Part shown: positions 58,762 to 64,000 of the stretch, one piece after another
Layout: every line of letters begins with the position of its first letter
Numbering within the stretch: position 1 is the first letter of the stretch
The notes under the pieces: generated by a model
Databases searched by the model: none
Told to the model about the DNA's origin: nothing
What the model saw: only the letters and a program-made list of their open reading frames with translations
Assembly (NCBI GenBank): GCA_965223335.1
Contig: OZ244991.1
Coordinates: forward strand, 544,001-608,000
Direction of reading: 5' to 3'
DNA: 64,000 nucleotides
Source: Thermodesulfobacteriota bacterium
GTDB lineage: Bacteria; Desulfobacterota_D; UBA1144; Nemesobacterales; UBA2774
Position numbers and translations under genes: made by a program

Positions 58762-61680
58762 CTATGATGATAGTGCTTTGGAAACGGTCTCTTGTAGCTC
58801 GGTCAGAGAAAACGGTTTCTTTAAGTACGATTTAAAACCATAGCTTTTATAATCACTAACAACCGGACTCTTTGTATGTCCGCTTGTAATAATCGCTTTA
58901 ACCGACTGATTTACTTTGCGGATCTCGTCGAGCGTCCTTAAGGCACCCATTTCTCCTGGAATAGTGAGGTCCAGTATTACTAGGTTGTAGGGGGTTTCTT
59001 TTTGGTGGGCCTCGCTATATTTCTGGATTGCCTTTTGTTCATTCTCTACACAGTCAACGCTAAAACCACAAGCCTCTAGCATCCGTTCGAGTGTTTTTCT
59101 TATACCCTCTTCGTCGTCCATAACTAACACACTACCGGCAAACTCATACCTCTTTCCCGCCTCCTCGCGTGCTTCTAAGTGGTCTTTTTCTGATGAAGGC
59201 AGGTAAATCTCAAACTTGGTGCCCCGGTTTATTTCCGAATCTACAAAAATCCCCCCTCCATGTTTAGAAATAATAGAATACGAAGTCGCAAGCCCAAGCC
59301 CGCTGCCGCTCTCTTTAGTCGTAAAGAAGGGATCGAAAATCTTATCCAATACTTCGGGGGATATACCCTCTCCACTGTCTTCAAACACGAATTTTACATA
59401 CTCCCCGCCGCTTAGGTTAAGCTTATTGCCCTGATCCAACACATCTCTATCTATACCTACACGGATCAACCCTCCCCCGGGCATTGCCTGCTTTGCGTTT
59501 ATAACAAGATTATTTATGACCTGGTTTATCTGTCCTTCGTCTACATCGACATAATCCAAATCGTCCGTGAAGTCGTACTCGCACTTTATGTTAGACCCCC
59601 TAAGCGCAAACGATGTTGATTCCATGAGCAGTTCAGAAAGGGATATGGTCTGTTTTTTGAGCGAGCCCCCTTTAGCAAAGGTTCTAAGTTGATCTACAAG
59701 GTCCCCGGCACGCGATGAGGCGTTATGGGCCTGGGACAAAATATCCTTTATCCTCGGATCGTTGGTCTCTGCAAACATCTCAGCCAACGATATATTGCCC
59801 ATTATTATCGCAAGCAGGTTGTTGAAATCGTGCGCAATGCCCCCGGCAAGGACACCCAGGGATTCCAGTCGCTGAGATTTGCCCAACTCCTCCTCCATTT
59901 TCTTTTTGTCAGTAATATCGTGTGAGGTCACAACTGCGCGGATCTCGCCTTTAGCAGTGTTAAACGTCGAGCCCGAGCTATAGAGGGTCCTCCACTCGCC
60001 GTCTTTATTTTTATACCTGTGCTCAAGCCCCCCCGTGCCCAGCAACTCAATTGCCTGACTAAACTCCTTAATCGCAGGTGCCAGATCATCGGGATGTATG
60101 TTTTCAAAAATACTTTTCCCTATTAGATCTTCGGGCTTGTAGCCGAGAATCTTCTCAAAGTTGGGGCTAACGTATAAAAACTTGCCGTCAAAACTCGATT
60201 CAAATACGAGGTCGCTCGAATTATCGACCAAGCTTTTAAACCTCTCAATACTCTCGAGTAGGGCTTCTTCGTTCTCTTTTCGGGCTGTTATATCCTCTAC
60301 AACCCCCATCACAGTGTGCACATTGCCCTCGTTATCATAAATAGGCACACACTTTACTGACAACCAAACCTCAACAGAGCTTGTACTTGCCGTGTATATA
60401 GAATCGTGCTTAACAATCTCGCCCTGGAAAGCTCTTTTCACAACCGGCAGGAATGTCTTGTCATTTAGTTTGGTTAGATCCAACCCAATCACCTTCTCTG
60501 GCGTAGATTGGAAAATATCTACTAACATCGGGTTGCAGTGTGTTATAACAAAATCATGATTGATCAAACATATTCCATAGGGTGCTTGATCAAATAACAC
60601 CCTGTACCTTTCTTCCGATGTCTTGAGTGCTTTGGCACTCGTAGCTTTATCGATTACCGATCCCATGAGTCTCGCAAGGGCATCTAGAAAGCTTAATTCC
60701 TCTTGTTTGATACCCGACGTCGATTTAGATTGAATATGAATACATCCGATAGATACAGAATTAATAATAATCGGGGAGGTCGCGTAGCTCTTAACACCTA
60801 GTTTATGGGCTGCATTGCCCAAATACTTATCATCATTGGTATCGGTAACAAGGATAGATTCCTTGCTGTTTAAACATTGCCATGTCGCCCCTTTTGGCGA
60901 GGGGATCGAACTGAGCTGTTTAAGAAACCATTTGGGATAGCCTCTTGAGGCAATCATATCGGCACTGTCGTCGTTTAGTGTATATATAGAGACATAATCC
61001 ACTGCGTCTAATTTGTCATGAATAGCTTTAACCGCAGAGCTAAATATCTCATCCAAATCATCGGATTTATTAATCAGTAGTGCTATATCATTTATAATGG
61101 ATTCATAAAGATTTATTTTCTTTATGCTTTCCAGATTTGCCTGCAGCTCCAACTGAGCCTCCACCCTGGAGGTTATATCCCTCAGCACCACAAGCATCTG
61201 TCTCTCGATTAGCGGCAAGATGGTTGCTTCGAAAAACTTTCTTTGGTCCCTCGAAACAATTTCGTAGTCTAAGCTGTTAACTATCCGTCTTTCTAAAGTA
61301 TCATTTATAGCGGTCTTAAATTTTTTGTTTGTTTCTTTGTCCCAGACTTCGTAAAAACATTTATTTAAAAACTTGTCACGGATAATTAATCTGTCGTCCT
61401 CCATACACCCTTTGGCATCTAGCACTGTCCCTTTTTCGTCTATTACAAATATGGAATCGGGCAGTGCATGGAAAAGCGCACGGAGCTCTGAGTTTGCCTG
61501 CAGTAGTTCCTGAGAACTTATATCGAGCGAACGCTCGAGCATTTTCCTGTCTTCATCAAACTGCTTATATGCCTCGTTAATGGATTGGAGAAATCCCTCT
61601 AGTTCAGAGGCATCAACACCTTGGTTATCATCCAGATAACGTTTGATCTGTCGCTTTAGCAGACTATGAAGTTTGTCCAT
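58762..61680 (-). CDS. FIST-associated hybrid histidine kinase (PAS-GAF-PAS-PAS-HisKA-HATPase-REC)
   Basis: N-terminus LHSLLKRQIKRYL, LAGGIAHDFNN, FDPFFTTK, C-terminal receiver. Confidence 0.92.
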   Translation of the reverse strand: MDKLHSLLKRQIKRYLDDNQGVDASELEGFLQSINEAYKQFDEDRKMLERSLDISSQELLQANSELRALFHALPDSIFVIDEKGTVLDAKGCMEDDRLIIRDKFLNKCFYEVWDKETNKKFKTAINDTLERRIVNSLDYEIVSRDQRKFFEATILPLIERQMLVVLRDITSRVEAQLELQANLESIKKINLYESIINDIALLINKSDDLDEIFSSAVKAIHDKLDAVDYVSIYTLNDDSADMIASRGYPKWFLKQLSSIPSPKGATWQCLNSKESILVTDTNDDKYLGNAAHKLGVKSYATSPIIINSVSIGCIHIQSKSTSGIKQEELSFLDALARLMGSVIDKATSAKALKTSEERYRVLFDQAPYGICLINHDFVITHCNPMLVDIFQSTPEKVIGLDLTKLNDKTFLPVVKRAFQGEIVKHDSIYTASTSSVEVWLSVKCVPIYDNEGNVHTVMGVVEDITARKENEEALLESIERFKSLVDNSSDLVFESSFDGKFLYVSPNFEKILGYKPEDLIGKSIFENIHPDDLAPAIKEFSQAIELLGTGGLEHRYKNKDGEWRTLYSSGSTFNTAKGEIRAVVTSHDITDKKKMEEELGKSQRLESLGVLAGGIAHDFNNLLAIIMGNISLAEMFAETNDPRIKDILSQAHNASSRAGDLVDQLRTFAKGGSLKKQTISLSELLMESTSFALRGSNIKCEYDFTDDLDYVDVDEGQINQVINNLVINAKQAMPGGGLIRVGIDRDVLDQGNKLNLSGGEYVKFVFEDSGEGISPEVLDKIFDPFFTTKESGSGLGLATSYSIISKHGGGIFVDSEINRGTKFEIYLPSSEKDHLEAREEAGKRYEFAGSVLVMDDEEGIRKTLERMLEACGFSVDCVENEQKAIQKYSEAHQKETPYNLVILDLTIPGEMGALRTLDEIRKVNQSVKAIITSGHTKSPVVSDYKSYGFKSYLKKPFSLTELQETVSKALSS

Positions 61681-61698
61681 TGCAATTATTAGCGATGA

Positions 61699-62841
61699 TT
61701 ATACCTCGGAAAACGCTGTAATCGTCATGGTCTGGTTATGGAGTTCGCACACCGTTCTCTGTACTATAGGTGATATTTCTCCATAAGAGTAAAAACCTGT
61801 AAACACGGTATCAGCGCCAAAAATATCCCTAACCCCCTCTACCTCTTCTTCTATCCTCTGCTTTAAAATCATCTTTCTCCCTACGCAACTTATCAAAAGT
61901 GCAAGCTCGGGCTTAAATTCCGGGGAGTCAACAGCTAAACAGTTCTCTGCAGCACCCACGGCTCCATCAATCAGACGGTCAAAATTGGCTTTCATCAGAC
62001 GCACATACGACCCTTCTGGCATGTTCCCCGCAAACGTCATACTGCCATTAGACTCATCCACCCCCAATATTGTGCGCACAATTCCCTGATTGTCCTTATT
62101 GGTTCTAATGCTAAGCGGAAACAATAGCCCCGTGGCCGGAAGCCCCGAAGCGTGTTCACCCAAATAAGTCTTATACAGGTCGAGTGCAGGCTTACCATCG
62201 AGTTCATATAGGACATTGCTATCCGATTTAGTCACTAACCGCTCGGGCCCAAACGGGTCCCAGCCCCCAAGCGACGCATAACCAACGCGCAGACTTGGGC
62301 CGTAAAACCCTATTGCAGACACAATGTTACTGCCCACATTATTGCCCGATATCACCAGCGTCTCTTGGAACTGATCACCGTCACCCGACAAGCCCCCTGT
62401 AACATTCACACCGTCGGGCAAACTGCTTGTGAGCCCTCGCACCAGTTCGTCTCCGTTAATCTCTACCCCCTCAGAGATAACCAGTATATGCGCGAGCCCA
62501 TCGGTTGCCAGTTCCTTAGCCAGGTACTCACCGGCTTTAAAGCTCTCGGACTGGTCCTCGAGTTCATAGTGGACCTGTCTTAGCTCCGTATTCTCGAACT
62601 TAACGAGCGTCACATTAAACGAGTCGTCAACCACATTATCTCCATATATTTCACCCGCAGTTGAGCACCCAATAGCCGTTACCCCTTCTAGCCGGGATAA
62701 CAGTTCATCTACAAGCCCGGCTTCCTGGAGTATCTCCCTCGAAGAAAAAATCAGAGCCAGATCGTAGTTGAGTCCGTTATCGTAGGGGCTCTTAGACCCC
62801 CACTCTGTATCTTTATTCCACACAAATTGTTCAACTTTCAT
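61699..62841 (-). CDS. FIST domain sensor protein (NosP-like)
   Basis: GCSTAGEI, TGGLSGD, YELDGKPA, ISCVGRK, GFYSYGEI, LHNQT. Start set at MKVEQF. Confidence 0.92.
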   Translation of the reverse strand: MKVEQFVWNKDTEWGSKSPYDNGLNYDLALIFSSREILQEAGLVDELLSRLEGVTAIGCSTAGEIYGDNVVDDSFNVTLVKFENTELRQVHYELEDQSESFKAGEYLAKELATDGLAHILVISEGVEINGDELVRGLTSSLPDGVNVTGGLSGDGDQFQETLVISGNNVGSNIVSAIGFYGPSLRVGYASLGGWDPFGPERLVTKSDSNVLYELDGKPALDLYKTYLGEHASGLPATGLLFPLSIRTNKDNQGIVRTILGVDESNGSMTFAGNMPEGSYVRLMKANFDRLIDGAVGAAENCLAVDSPEFKPELALLISCVGRKMILKQRIEEEVEGVRDIFGADTVFTGFYSYGEISPIVQRTVCELHNQTMTITAFSEV

Positions 62842-63049
62842 AGTGTATATATTGTACACCCTCTAAAGTTAATAAAGAAGTATTTATAACATTCACAATT
62901 GCTAATTCAAGAGTGATTTAAAGTGTTAATCTATAAATTCAACCTATTGACTACAATCATAAATAGATTCAGCAGCTATATGTAGGAGATCATTTATGTA
63001 GTATTATCTCTTGTTGAAAAAACTCTCTTATACGCATGGGGACAACTAG

Positions 63050-63817
63050 TTGGTAAACCACTCGGACCGAGAAATTGAAAATATACTGGGCATAGATATT
63101 GGCGGTACGGGGATGAAGTCCTCCCCCGTAGATGTGCAAAACGGTACAGTGCTTGAGGAACCGCTCTATATTCATACACCCAAGCCACCCACTCCAAAAG
63201 CCATGCTTGGGGTCATAAAACAGATTGCCGACCACTGGGAGTGGCAAGGAAAAATCGGGTGCGGGTTCCCGGGGGTCTTGAAGGGCGGAATTGTGTTAAC
63301 GGCGGCGAATCTAGACGAAAGCTGGGTCGGTGTAAATATTGAGCGTGAGATAAAAGAACTAACATTCTGTGAAAACAGAGTGATCAACGACGCTGACTGT
63401 GCAGGCCTGGCAGAGATGAGGTTCGGTGCGGGGAAAGAGTACAATAAACACGCAGGAGGTGTGGTGCTAATGGTAACCCTGGGCACGGGTATCGGAACCG
63501 CACTATTTATCGATGGACACCTCGTGCACAATACTGAGTTCGGCCATATAGAGTTAGACGGAGTGGATGCGGAGACCAGGGCCGCCACAGTGCATATGGA
63601 AAGCGAGAATCTCAGCTGGGCCGAGTGGGCCGAGAGGGTTAATAGGTATCTGCACACTATGGAAAAACTCCTTTCCCCGGATGTATTCATTATTGGCGGC
63701 GGCGTTAGTGAAAGTGCTAACAAATTCTTTCCTTATTTAAGCGTTAAAACCCCTGTTATAAGCGCTAAAATGCATAACGAAGCGGGGATAATAGGGGCTG
63801 CGTTAGCAGTTGTTTAA
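63050..63817 (+). CDS. ppgK: Polyphosphate glucokinase (ROK family)
   Basis: GIDIGGTGMK, TPKPPTP, NDADCAGLAE, TLGTGIGTALF, NTEFGH, AGIIGAA. Confidence 0.9.
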   Translation: MVNHSDREIENILGIDIGGTGMKSSPVDVQNGTVLEEPLYIHTPKPPTPKAMLGVIKQIADHWEWQGKIGCGFPGVLKGGIVLTAANLDESWVGVNIEREIKELTFCENRVINDADCAGLAEMRFGAGKEYNKHAGGVVLMVTLGTGIGTALFIDGHLVHNTEFGHIELDGVDAETRAATVHMESENLSWAEWAERVNRYLHTMEKLLSPDVFIIGGGVSESANKFFPYLSVKTPVISAKMHNEAGIIGAALAVV

Positions 63818-63926
63818 GAGCTTGTGCAATTTCCTTGACAACGGTTCGATTTGTATGTGATAATCCCCAAAGACTAGGCTCTAAACTGCCCTAAAATAGT
63901 CTCATTTCATAAAGAGGTAATCTCTT

Positions 63927-64000
63927 TTGTCCCATGCAGAAGCTCTAAGGCAGATCATTAAAGGCGAAGTGAAAGACGATCCCGAGAGTCTTCATCATTA
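63927..64000 (+). CDS. Start of a gene running off the window, possibly an FAD-linked oxidase
   Basis: AGAGG SD, TTG start, SHAEALRQIIKGEVKDDPESLHH, frame open to the end. Confidence 0.5.
   Translation, partial: MSHAEALRQIIKGEVKDDPESLHH

Overview
Bacterial chromosomal window, mostly intact housekeeping genes. The gene style suggests a Desulfobacterota/Dadabacteria-like diderm, which is inference only. Content in order: LeuT-like NSS transporter with a small partner ORF; nucleotidyltransferase / CDP-alcohol phosphotransferase / dioxygenase operon; panBCD with a pan-motif leader; tRNA-Cys and tRNA-Leu; fbp, cvpA, sbcC, ispB, rimI; methylmalonyl-CoA mutase operon (meaB frameshifted); FTR1-cytochrome c; queCE; rplM-rpsI-ino1; glcDEF; nhaA; folate genes; two signalling clusters (REC-PAS-GGDEF plus hybrid kinase, and FIST/NosP plus hybrid kinase); ppgK. 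The stand-out is the 10-kb locus at 8517-18221, directly after tRNA-Leu. It holds three tandem copies of an unannotated two-gene unit: a secreted protein A and a paralogous, C-terminally anchored protein B. B has the same core as A plus a ~250-aa variable domain inserted between two Cys, and ends in a Pro/Thr linker and a Cys-TM-basic sorting tail. In B2 and B3 the constant flanks are nearly identical in DNA while the inserts diverge, which suggests a modular, recombining cell-surface (S-layer/adhesin-like) display system. No integrase, transposase, reverse transcriptase or CRISPR array was seen. All calls come from reading motifs by eye; no database searches were run.
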